A stretch of 64,000 bases of DNA from Acidobacteriota bacterium (GTDB lineage: Bacteria > Acidobacteriota > UBA6911), in contig OY761556.1 of NCBI GenBank assembly GCA_963664705.1, forward strand, positions 1,184,001 through 1,248,000, written 5' to 3'. A program made the position numbers and the translations under genes. Below the pieces are notes generated by a model that was not told where the DNA came from, did not search any database, and saw only the letters and a list, made by a program, of their open reading frames with translations. Position 1 is the stretch's first letter, and each line of letters opens with the position of its first letter. Positions 55,809 through 64,000 of this stretch are shown in pieces.

Positions 55809-57605
55809 ATGTCGTTGAGAATCATAAACCCAGATGGAACTGTCGGAGAGGTCGCCGATTCCGGCACTGCGTTGGAAGTATATCGCCATAGCACCTCTCA
55901 CCTAATGGCAGCCGCCGTCAATAGCCTGTTCCCCGGGACCCATCTCGGGATTGGACCGGCGATCAGCGACGGGTTCTACTACGACTTTGAGCGCCCCGGT
56001 GGCTTTGTGGAAGAAGATCTCCAGAAGATCGAGGCGCGGATGAAGGAACTGGTTGCCCAGAACCTTAGCTTTCAGCCCTCCATCGTTTCCAAAGAGGAAG
56101 CGGTTAAGTACTTCACAGAGAAGGGCGAACGCCTGAAGGTCGAGCTCATCGAGGAAAAGGCGGGGGAAACGCTGTCCTGCTACAAGCTCGGGGATCTGGT
56201 CGATTTCTGTATCGGACCGCACCTCTGCTCGACCGGGGAAATCAATCCCGACAGCTTTCATCTTCTGAGCATTGCCGGGTCCTATTGGAGAGGTGACGAG
56301 CATCGGGAACAACTCCAGCGGATTTATGGAACGGCATTTCTAAAGCCCGAAGAGCTCTCTGCCTACCTGACGCAGCTGGAGGAAGCCAAGAAGCGCGATC
56401 ACAGAAAACTTGGGCGCGAACTGGATCTGTTCAGCATTTCGGAAGAAGCCGGACCTGGACTTGTGTTCTGGCACCCGAAAGGCACCCGAGTAAGACTTCT
56501 GATTGAAGAATTCCTGCGCAAGGAACTGTATAAGCGCGGCTATGAATTTGTAACAACGCCGCATGTGGCGCGGGATGTCCTGTGGAAGACCTCCGGGCAT
56601 TACGATTATTACCGGCAGAACATGTATGTGTTCAAGATTGATGACGAAGAATTCGTGATCAAGCCGATGAACTGCCCCGGGCATATTCAGATCTATAAAT
56701 CGCAGATGCGGAGCTACCGCGATCTGCCGATCCGCTTTGCCGAATTCGGAACCGTGTATCGGTACGAAAAAAGCGGTGTGCTGCATGGACTGCTTCGAGT
56801 CCGGGGATTCACCCAGGACGATGCTCATATCTTCTGCACGCGCGAACAGGTGTATTCCGAGATTTCGGACCTGATGGATCTGGTACTGTTCATCATGAAC
56901 AGTTTTGCTTTCGACCAGTATAAGGTAGAGCTTTCGGTTCGGGATTCATCCAAAAAAGAGGACTACGCCGGCACGGAAGAAGACTGGAATATGGCCGAGG
57001 AAGCGCTGATGGAGGCGCTTCGATCCAGAGGAATCAGCTGGACCCGGATGGAAGGGGAAGCGGTTTTCTACGGGCCCAAGATCGATGTGAAGCTGATCGA
57101 TGCCATTGGCCGCCCGTGGCAGCTGTCGACCGTTCAGTTTGATTTCACGCTTCCGAAACGGTTCAATCTTTCTTTCATCGGTCCCGATGGACAATCCCAT
57201 CAGCCCATCATGTTGCACCGCGCATTGTTGGGGTCGGTGGAGCGGTTCCTGGGTGTTCTGATTGAGCACTATGCAGGTGCCTTCCCATTGTGGCTCGCGC
57301 CTGTTCAGGCCGTTGTAATTCCTATTTCGGAACGGCATCATGAGTATGCCCAGAAGGTCATGGAACGGTTGGGCCAGGCAAATATCCGCGCTGAAATCGA
57401 CGACAGAAACGAAAAAATGGGCTATAAAATCCGGGCTGCCCAGACGAAAAAGATACCGTACATGCTGGTAGTCGGAGATAAGGAAGCACAGTCTGGACAA
57501 GTTTCGGTACGCAACCGCTTTGCAGGGGATGAGGGAGCTCAATCCCTGGAAAGCTTCTTGGAGAAGATTGAGGAGTTCATTCAATCCAGGGCTGTCCGGC
57601 CATAA
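55809..57605 (+). CDS. thrS: Threonine--tRNA ligase (no TGS domain)
   Basis: RHSTSH, DFC.GPH, RDHRKLG, KPMNCPGH, RVRGFTQDDAH, FYGPK, HRA..GS.ERF. Confidence 0.96.
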   Translation: MSLRIINPDGTVGEVADSGTALEVYRHSTSHLMAAAVNSLFPGTHLGIGPAISDGFYYDFERPGGFVEEDLQKIEARMKELVAQNLSFQPSIVSKEEAVKYFTEKGERLKVELIEEKAGETLSCYKLGDLVDFCIGPHLCSTGEINPDSFHLLSIAGSYWRGDEHREQLQRIYGTAFLKPEELSAYLTQLEEAKKRDHRKLGRELDLFSISEEAGPGLVFWHPKGTRVRLLIEEFLRKELYKRGYEFVTTPHVARDVLWKTSGHYDYYRQNMYVFKIDDEEFVIKPMNCPGHIQIYKSQMRSYRDLPIRFAEFGTVYRYEKSGVLHGLLRVRGFTQDDAHIFCTREQVYSEISDLMDLVLFIMNSFAFDQYKVELSVRDSSKKEDYAGTEEDWNMAEEALMEALRSRGISWTRMEGEAVFYGPKIDVKLIDAIGRPWQLSTVQFDFTLPKRFNLSFIGPDGQSHQPIMLHRALLGSVERFLGVLIEHYAGAFPLWLAPVQAVVIPISERHHEYAQKVMERLGQANIRAEIDDRNEKMGYKIRAAQTKKIPYMLVVGDKEAQSGQVSVRNRFAGDEGAQSLESFLEKIEEFIQSRAVRP

Positions 57606-57650
57606 ACAGGCCGTCTCTGGATTTTCCTCATAAACTAAAGGAGGTCGCCA

Positions 57651-58175
57651 ATCACAACAGCCAAGCCAGCAAGGGTTCGAGTCAACGAATTGATCCGAGC
57701 CAAGGAGATCCGGGTAGTAGATGAAGATGCCGGACAACTGGGAATCATGACACCGGAGCAGGCGCTAACTCTTGCCCGGTCGCGCGAACTGGATCTGGTG
57801 GAAGTGGCTCCGGGAGCCAACCCTCCTGTATGCCGTATCATGAACTACGGCAAGTTCCAGTACCAGAAGAGCAAGCGGGCTCACGAGGCAAAGAAGCACC
57901 AGAAGCAAGTTGTAATGAAGGAAGTCAAATTCCGGCCCAAGACGGAAGAGCACGATTTTGTGTTTAAGAAGAACAATATCGCGCGATTCCTGGGGGAAGG
58001 AAATAAGGCGAAAGCGACTGTGGTCTTTCGCGGAAGAGAAGTGACCCATCAGGAAATCGGACGAAAACTGATGGATCGACTGGTGCAGGAATTAGCAGAA
58101 GTTGCCGATGTGGAGCGGATGCCCAAAATGGAAGGATATGCGCTGGTCGCAATCTTCCTTCCTAAAAAGCACTAG
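57651..58175 (+). CDS. infC: Translation initiation factor IF-3 (non-canonical ATC start)
   Basis: [35 protein letters not shown]; SD AAAGGAGGT then in-frame ATC at 57651. Confidence 0.93.
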   Translation: MTTAKPARVRVNELIRAKEIRVVDEDAGQLGIMTPEQALTLARSRELDLVEVAPGANPPVCRIMNYGKFQYQKSKRAHEAKKHQKQVVMKEVKFRPKTEEHDFVFKKNNIARFLGEGNKAKATVVFRGREVTHQEIGRKLMDRLVQELAEVADVERMPKMEGYALVAIFLPKKH

Positions 58176-58267
58176 GGTCTTGCCTGAATACGGCTTTTTT
58201 GTTTTTATGCGATCTTCATAGCCGGATTTGTGTGATTAGGCTACTATATTTAGCTGGGAGAAATACT

Positions 58268-58459
58268 GTGAAGCGGAAAACTAGCAAGAGTGCGGCCAAG
58301 CGATTTAAAGTAACCGGGACGGGAAAAATCACGCGGCATCATAGCCATGCCCGTCACATATTGACCAAGAAACCCCGTAAACGCGTACGGAAGCTCGTGG
58401 CTGTCGATTTGGTGAGCAAGCCTGATACCAAGCGCGTAAAAAAGATGCTGAATATTTGA
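58268..58459 (+). CDS. rpmI: 50S ribosomal protein L35
   Basis: [21 protein letters not shown]; GGGAG SD before GTG. Confidence 0.92.
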   Translation: MKRKTSKSAAKRFKVTGTGKITRHHSHARHILTKKPRKRVRKLVAVDLVSKPDTKRVKKMLNI

Positions 58460-58487
58460 ATATCCGAATGTACCGTGGAGTAAAGAG

Positions 58488-58853
58488 ATGCCAAGAGTAA
58501 AAAGAGGAAACAAACGCGTCCAGCGCCGTAAAAAAATTCTGGGCCTGGCAAAAGGTTTTCGCCTTACCAAGAGCAAGCTGCACCGTTCAGCGAAGGAATC
58601 GGTGGATCGCGCACTCCGTTTTTCGTATCGCGACCGGCGAACCAAGAAACGTGAATTCCGCAGCCTGTTCATCATCCGGTTGGGAGCTGCGGCCCGGAAA
58701 AATAACATTTCCTACAGCAGGTTTATCAGCGGTCTGAAAAAAGCAGGTATCACCCTGGACCGACGTGTTCTTGCGGAGATCGCAATCAAAGATCCTGAGA
58801 CCTTTGCTCAAATTGCTGAAAGTGCCAAATCGGCACTAGCGGTAGCCGCGTAA
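58488..58853 (+). CDS. rplT: 50S ribosomal protein L20
   Basis: MPRVKRG, AKGF, YRDRR.KKR.FR.L, SYS.FI.GL. Confidence 0.96.
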   Translation: MPRVKRGNKRVQRRKKILGLAKGFRLTKSKLHRSAKESVDRALRFSYRDRRTKKREFRSLFIIRLGAAARKNNISYSRFISGLKKAGITLDRRVLAEIAIKDPETFAQIAESAKSALAVAA

Positions 58854-58880
58854 GAATTTCTGTTTGATAACTCCGATTGT

Positions 58881-58923
58881 GAGAGCGCCCGGGTGTCCTG
58901 CTACGCCGGGCGCTTTCTTTTTT
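58881..58923 (+). terminator. Rho-independent terminator after rplT
   Basis: GAGAGCGCCCGG...CCGGGCGCTTTC followed by a T run. Confidence 0.8.
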
Positions 58924-58939
58924 GGGGCTGTTTCAATCG

Positions 58940-59025
58940 CGGATTGGTGATTGCGGATTGTGCGACAAATCCTGGCCCGCGTGCTCTGACAATCCAAAAT
59001 CCACAATTCGAAATCCGAAATTCAA
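58940..59025. repeat. Inverted heptamer tandem repeats upstream of pheS
   Basis: GGATTGG TGATTGC GGATTGT ... ACAATCC AAAATCC ACAATTC GAAATCC GAAATTC. Confidence 0.65.
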
Positions 59026-59035
59026 GTGAGGGATT

Positions 59036-60046
59036 ATGAACGAAGCCATCGATAATCTACGGCGACAGTTTGAAGAGGAATTCTCGGCCATCACGGAGAT
59101 GGATGGTTGGAAATCCGTCCGTGACAAGTATCTGGCCAGGGAAAGCGGGCTGATCACGACCGCTTTGAAAAAGCTTCGCGATATTCCCAAAGAGGATCGA
59201 CCGGCCTTCGGACAGGCGATGAATCAACTGCGAGCCTATGCGGAAGAAAAGCTCGAGGCCCGTCAGAACGAGTTCAAATCGCAAGCGGTGAATCAGCAGA
59301 AGATTGATGTCACCCGGCCGGGTTTCCCGTTTTCGCTCGGAGCCGCACATCCCATCAAACGCCTGCAGGCTGAAATTGAGCAGATTTTTGTCACGATGGG
59401 GTTCCAGGTTTTCAACCAGATGGAAATTGAGCGGGATTACTACAATTTCGAAGCGCTGAACATGCCGCGGAATCATCCGGCCCGGGACGCCCAGGATACC
59501 TTCTATTTCGACGATACTATGCTGCTTCGAACGCATTGCACCTCGGTGGATGTGCATGCCATGGAGGCCATGCGGCCGCCCATCCGTGCGGTCACGACCG
59601 GGAAGGTTTATAGAAGAGATCCCTTTGACGCCACCCATTCCCCGATGTTTTACCAGGTCGATGTGGTCGTGATCGACGAAGGGATCACGATGGGTGATAT
59701 GAAAGGGATGCTGGACGCTTTCCTGAAACGCGTTTTTACGCCCGATACGAGAGTACGGTTGCGGCCCGGCTTCTTTCCTTTCGTGGAGCCTGGCGCCGAA
59801 GTCGATATCAGCTGCATCTTCTGTTCAGGACGAGGTTGTCCGACCTGCAAGCAGAGCGGATGGATCGAAATCCTTGGGGCCGGAATGGTTCACCCCAAGG
59901 TTTTGCGGATGTCGGGCGTGGACCCGGAGCGCTATTCCGGTTTCGCCTGGGGGCTGGGAATCGACCGGGTCGCCATTCTCAAGTATGGAGTGGATGACAT
60001 CCGTCTGTTCTTCGAGAATGATCTCAGGTTTCTGAAACAATTTTAG
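59036..60046 (+). CDS. pheS: Phenylalanine--tRNA ligase alpha subunit
   Basis: NFEALN.P..HPARD.QDTFY, LRTH, YRRD..DATH, FPF.EP, EILGAGMV, DIRLFFEND.RFL.QF. Confidence 0.96.
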   Translation: MNEAIDNLRRQFEEEFSAITEMDGWKSVRDKYLARESGLITTALKKLRDIPKEDRPAFGQAMNQLRAYAEEKLEARQNEFKSQAVNQQKIDVTRPGFPFSLGAAHPIKRLQAEIEQIFVTMGFQVFNQMEIERDYYNFEALNMPRNHPARDAQDTFYFDDTMLLRTHCTSVDVHAMEAMRPPIRAVTTGKVYRRDPFDATHSPMFYQVDVVVIDEGITMGDMKGMLDAFLKRVFTPDTRVRLRPGFFPFVEPGAEVDISCIFCSGRGCPTCKQSGWIEILGAGMVHPKVLRMSGVDPERYSGFAWGLGIDRVAILKYGVDDIRLFFENDLRFLKQF

Positions 60047-60182
60047 GGCCTATATAGTTGATTTGAGGCCTTTTCTCGGCAAGCCACGATGGTCGGGAAC
60101 CTGCATGAAATAAGGCCCAAATGCACATTTTATAAGAAATTCAACTTTTGGTTCCGGCTTGTCCGGGTAGGGAGTCTGTCCA

Positions 60183-62237
60183 ATGAAAATCAGCATTGAG
60201 TGGCTTAAAGAATATGTGGATGTCCAGGAAAGCCCGGAAAAGCTGAAGCAGGATCTTTCAATGATCGGGCTCCTGGTTGAAGGGCTCGCCGAAGCTCCGG
60301 GTACCGCCGTCCTCGAAATTGAGGTAACCTCCAACCGGCCGGATTGCCTCAGCCATATCGGAATTGCACGCGAAATCGCCGCCCTCTACCGCAGGCCGCT
60401 GCGACTGCCGCCGGTTCAGGACAAGCTTAGCGTGCCAACCGAGAGAATCCCTTATAAGATCGAGATAAAGGATACGGATCTCTGCCCAAGATATGTCGGC
60501 CTCGTTCTGGATGGCGTTAAGGTCGGAGCCTCGCCGGAATGGATGCAGCGGAGGCTGGAAGCGGCCGGAATGCGTCCGCTGAACAACGTCGTCGATATTA
60601 CGAATTATGTTCTGCTTGAAATGGGCCACCCGCTCCATGCCTTCGACTTTGACGTCCTTCGCGGCGGAAAAATCGTGGTAGGGCGTGCGACCGCAGGGGA
60701 CCGATTCAAAACTCTCGATGGCAACGACCGGGATCTGGACGGCGAAATGTTGATGATCAACGACGGCGAGGGGCCGGTTGCTGTTGCCGGCGTCATGGGT
60801 GGCCTGAATTCCGAGATTTCGCTGACAACAACCCGCGTCCTGCTGGAATCCGCCTATTTCCAGCCCGCTTCCGTCCGGCGCACATCAAAAAAGCTGGGGC
60901 TTTCCACGGAGGCCAGTTATCGATTTGAACGCGGAGCCGACTGGGAAATTACCGTGGCGGCAATAGCCAGGACTTGCTACCTGATTGAACAGCTTGCGGG
61001 CGGACGCATTGCCGGGAGTCTGCAGGATGCCTATCCGGCAAAGAAAAGCCCCATGTGCATTCACCTTCGGAGACAAAATGCCGCAGCGCTTCTCGGCGTT
61101 GACATGGACAGCGATTTCATCGAGTCCACCCTGCAGCGACTGGAGTTCAAACTCGACAGGAAGGCCGAGGGGGCGTGGGAGGTTCGCTGCCCGACATTTC
61201 GCGCGGATATGGAACTGGAAGCCGATCTGATTGAAGAACTGGCCCGGTTTTACGGATACGACAATATTCCCACAACGCTTCCTGCAAGCAAGACGGTAGG
61301 GATTCACTCTCCCGTCTATGCCCTCGAAAACGCGATTCGAAGCATCATGGTCGGCCAGGGCTATTATGAAGCGGTAAATCTCAGCTTCGCCTCGGATGCG
61401 GATCATGTGGAGTTCCCGCCGGTTGCCGGGGACCGAATTGCGGTTAGAAACCCGCTGACCGAAGACACCCAGTATATGCGGACAACCCTGGCCCCAGGTC
61501 TGGTCCGGTCCGCCAAGAGAAACTTTAATTACGGCCAGCGCAATGTCCGTCTCTTTGAAATCGGCAGAGTGTATAGCCCCGGACCCGACGGCGTTCCAAC
61601 CGAGCGAAATGTGGTGGGTATTTTGGGCACGGGTGGCATTACGGGGCAAAACTGGGCGAACCCGAATGCGGAATATTCGTTTTTCCATCTGAAAGGAGTG
61701 CTGTCCGCACTCCTGCAAGGGATTCGTGTCCCGGAATTCGATATCGAGAGTTCTTCAGCCGCGGGCTGGCTGAATTCGTCCGATGCGGCTGTTCTCAAGA
61801 TGGGTGGAGAGATTGTAGGCGTTCTAGGCTCGCTGTCTCCGGTCCTCGAAGACAAGTACAAGCTGAAGCAGCCCATATACCTTGCCGAAATTGATTATGA
61901 GCGATTGTCCCGGCTGGCGTTTTCGCCAATCCGGTATGAGTCTCTGCCACGGTATCCTTCGGTGGAAAGAGATATGTCCATTGTTGTAAACAGCGACATC
62001 GCCTATCGATCGATCTGCGGCGGAATATCCGGGCTTGGCATCGCTGAACTCAGCGGCGTCGATCTCATCGATGTCTATGAAGGGGAGAAGATTCCCGCCG
62101 GCAAAGTCAGTCTTACGCTCCGGCTCACATTTCAGGACCGCGAGAGAACCCTTACTGTTGACCGGGTTCAAGGTTTCATTGATACTGTTCTTTCATACTT
62201 AACCAACACATTCGGAGCGGGGCTGAGATCGTTATGA
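60183..62237 (+). CDS. pheT: Phenylalanine--tRNA ligase beta subunit (short form without the B2 OB-fold)
   Basis: W..EYV, NRPDCLS..G.ARE, VDITNY, RFERG, DLIEE.AR..GY, NPL, FEIG, FDX-ACB domain; 684 aa. Confidence 0.95.
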   Translation: MKISIEWLKEYVDVQESPEKLKQDLSMIGLLVEGLAEAPGTAVLEIEVTSNRPDCLSHIGIAREIAALYRRPLRLPPVQDKLSVPTERIPYKIEIKDTDLCPRYVGLVLDGVKVGASPEWMQRRLEAAGMRPLNNVVDITNYVLLEMGHPLHAFDFDVLRGGKIVVGRATAGDRFKTLDGNDRDLDGEMLMINDGEGPVAVAGVMGGLNSEISLTTTRVLLESAYFQPASVRRTSKKLGLSTEASYRFERGADWEITVAAIARTCYLIEQLAGGRIAGSLQDAYPAKKSPMCIHLRRQNAAALLGVDMDSDFIESTLQRLEFKLDRKAEGAWEVRCPTFRADMELEADLIEELARFYGYDNIPTTLPASKTVGIHSPVYALENAIRSIMVGQGYYEAVNLSFASDADHVEFPPVAGDRIAVRNPLTEDTQYMRTTLAPGLVRSAKRNFNYGQRNVRLFEIGRVYSPGPDGVPTERNVVGILGTGGITGQNWANPNAEYSFFHLKGVLSALLQGIRVPEFDIESSSAAGWLNSSDAAVLKMGGEIVGVLGSLSPVLEDKYKLKQPIYLAEIDYERLSRLAFSPIRYESLPRYPSVERDMSIVVNSDIAYRSICGGISGLGIAELSGVDLIDVYEGEKIPAGKVSLTLRLTFQDRERTLTVDRVQGFIDTVLSYLTNTFGAGLRSL

Positions 62238-62518
62238 GTGAAACAAAACCTCAATGGGAACCCACAAGCCTTGAACGTTTCGGTCACCTGGAAGACAAAA
62301 TATTCCGGATGGTCGAAGAGTACAAGTTGGTGCGCAAAGAGAAGGACACACTGCAGGCGGAGAATGCTCAGTTGAAATCGCAGATTGCGGAACTCCGCGA
62401 ACATGAAACCACCATCCAGAACGATCTGGCGCAGTTTCAGAAAGAGCGCGAGCAGCTGCGGGAACGCGTCGAAAAAGCCCTCGGCCTTCTTGCGACAATG
62501 GAAGGGCGAGAGCAATAG
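62234..62518 (+). CDS. zapB: ZapB-like coiled-coil cell division protein
   Basis: LE.KI, L..EN, ER..LR.RVE; position between pheT and zapA. Confidence 0.72.
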   Translation: MSETKPQWEPTSLERFGHLEDKIFRMVEEYKLVRKEKDTLQAENAQLKSQIAELREHETTIQNDLAQFQKEREQLRERVEKALGLLATMEGREQ

Positions 62519-62549
62519 CCAGGCAAGCGCCACTTTGTAGCTCGAGGAC

Positions 62550-62852
62550 ATGCCCATGAGCGAACAGCCGGAATCCAGTTCTATCCGAGTCAAAATTTAT
62601 GACCGGGAGTACGGATTTCGCATAGCGGGAGATCCTGAGCGGTTCAAAGCCGTATGCGCTAATCTGGACAAGCGCATGCGCGAGGTGGCGGCTTCCACCG
62701 GATCGGTGGATACTCTGAAGGTGGCGGTTTTGGCGGCGCTCAGCCTGGCCGATGACCTGTACAAGGCGCAAGAGGAAATGCAGAAGCTCGACGAGTCGCT
62801 CAGCCGCAGCGCGCTCGCATGTGTGTCCATCCTGGACCGGATCAAGTCCTGA
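62550..62852 (+). CDS. zapA: Cell division protein ZapA
   Basis: V.IYD.EY, LD.RM, AVLAAL.LAD. Confidence 0.88.
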   Translation: MPMSEQPESSSIRVKIYDREYGFRIAGDPERFKAVCANLDKRMREVAASTGSVDTLKVAVLAALSLADDLYKAQEEMQKLDESLSRSALACVSILDRIKS

Positions 62853-62902
62853 ACAACGCCAAGAATTGCACGAATGGAATTCGCGAAATTCTTGGCGTTG
62901 TT
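62852..62902. terminator. Bidirectional terminator hairpin between zapA and ymdB
   Basis: AACAACGCCAAGAATT...AATTCTTGGCGTTGTT 16-bp inverted repeat. Confidence 0.75.
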
Positions 62903-62906
62903 ATTT

Positions 62907-63692
62907 TTACAGGTTGAAAGGAAGATTCAACCGCTGAATGCTGAGAGCGCGCCCCGTCGATTCGTCAATCTCCACGATAACGCCGCAAAGACGCAGGTTC
63001 GAGGATGCCGGTTCCAGCCGCACAGGGATCTGCCGGAGAAACCGATCCAGCGCAAGATCCGGCACGGAACCGATAATCGAGTCGTGCGGGCCGGTCATGC
63101 CTGCATCGGTAATAAACGCGGTCCCACGCGGCAGCAGCCGCTCATCGGCAGTCTGCACATGCGTATGGGTCCCCACAACCGCGCTGACTTTCCCGTCCAG
63201 ATACCATCCCATTGCCTGCTTTTCCGAAGTGGCTTCCGCATGAAAGTCGACCAGGATGACCGGAGTCTGTTTGCGGATCTGCTCGACTGCCGCCAGCCCT
63301 GTGACGAACGGGCAGTCAATGCTGTTCATGAAGACACGCCCCTGCAGATTTACGACTCCGACCCGTACGCCGCAGTTGGTATTACCAATATAAATGCCTG
63401 TTCCGGGTGTTCCCTTGGGGAAATTATGCGGCCGCAGCAGCCTGGGTTGCTCCTGGAGATAGGGCACGATAGCCCGCTTGTCCCAAATGTGATTTCCCGA
63501 TGTGAGAATGTCGACTTCGCAGCTCAGAAATTCGTCGGCAATCTGCGGCGTAATTCCGAATCCTGCTGCCGCATTTTCTATGTTTGCAATACAGAAATCG
63601 ATTCGATGTTCCTGAATAATGGAGTGAAGCTTTTCCTGCAGCAATCTCCGGCCGGGCTTTCCAAAAATATCACCAATAAATAGCGTTCGCAT
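62907..63692 (-). CDS. ymdB: YmdB/TIGR00282 metallophosphoesterase
   Basis: GDI.G.PGR, N.ENAA.G.G, TSGNH, DFHAEATSEK, GTHTH, TD.GMTGP. Confidence 0.92.
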   Translation of the reverse strand: MRTLFIGDIFGKPGRRLLQEKLHSIIQEHRIDFCIANIENAAAGFGITPQIADEFLSCEVDILTSGNHIWDKRAIVPYLQEQPRLLRPHNFPKGTPGTGIYIGNTNCGVRVGVVNLQGRVFMNSIDCPFVTGLAAVEQIRKQTPVILVDFHAEATSEKQAMGWYLDGKVSAVVGTHTHVQTADERLLPRGTAFITDAGMTGPHDSIIGSVPDLALDRFLRQIPVRLEPASSNLRLCGVIVEIDESTGRALSIQRLNLPFNL

Positions 63693-63724
63693 CCATTCCG
63701 CCCTTCACCGTTACCAGCATAAAA

Positions 63725-63909
63725 AAAGACCCCCGCGCCGCCGTGTGGCATATCTATTTGAACCTTGTTACCAAGGGGGTGTCCTACACTCTGTTTCAGG
63801 CGATCAAGTTCCCGAAGGAAAAGCCCGCACACCACAGAACGATACGAACTCCCATCAAATAGAATGTTGGCTCAAATAATGTTTGCCATCACCAACATTG
63901 CAGGGGCCC
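63725..63909 (-). ncRNA. ssrS: 6S RNA
   Basis: About 185 nt with complementary ends (GGCCCCTGC...GCGGGGGTC), TTTGAGCC/GGTTCAAA stem and central bubble, U tail; own promoter; next to ymdB and zapA. Confidence 0.85.
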
Positions 63910-63915
63910 GTAACT

Positions 63916-63945
63916 ATGATACTCATTTGCCATATTCGGAATCAA
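63916..63945 (-). promoter_or_regulatory. sigma70 promoter of the 6S RNA
   Basis: TTGATT-18-TATCAT, 6 nt upstream of the predicted 5' end. Confidence 0.65.
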
Positions 63946-64000
63946 GGAATTGACGATTTACGAATAACGATTGGGAACCCCGACTGTTTTCCCGGTCGTC

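Noticed and set aside
55568-55894. 108-aa ORF on the minus strand
   Set aside because: Antisense to tRNA-Val and the thrS start
63578-63953. Short ORFs 63578-63835 and 63765-63953
   Set aside because: Overlap the 6S RNA and its promoter; no coding features

Overview
Chromosomal, gene-dense window of moderate GC from a diderm bacterium. Gene content and protein signatures (short PheT, BlaI/M56-TonB pair, IorAB) suggest an anaerobic Acidobacteriota member, but this is inference. About 62 CDSs, one tRNA-Val(GAC) and a 6S RNA are supported. No intact transposase, integrase, prophage, CRISPR array or rRNA was seen. Most genes are housekeeping or metabolic: leuB, iorAB, galM, thiSG, aroB, trpD, nnr-tsaE, mltG-ruvX, thrS-infC-rpmI-rplT-pheST-zapBA. 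The best candidate for a new system is an autoregulated BlaI + M56 peptidase fusion carrying TonB_C, an ExbD-like segment and a second TonB_C-like domain, with a strong internal in-frame start. Other points of interest: a TonB receptor-YfiR-orphan histidine kinase operon; a family III CoA-transferase pair with one subunit lacking the catalytic Asp, beside iorAB; several apparent pseudo-enzymes or altered active sites (CtpA-like, BshC-like, IscU-like, PheS); trpD lying antisense inside a pilin cluster; an inverted 6S-ymdB unit; candidate leaderless mRNAs; and REP-like and heptamer repeats. All product calls come from motif recognition by eye, not from database searches.
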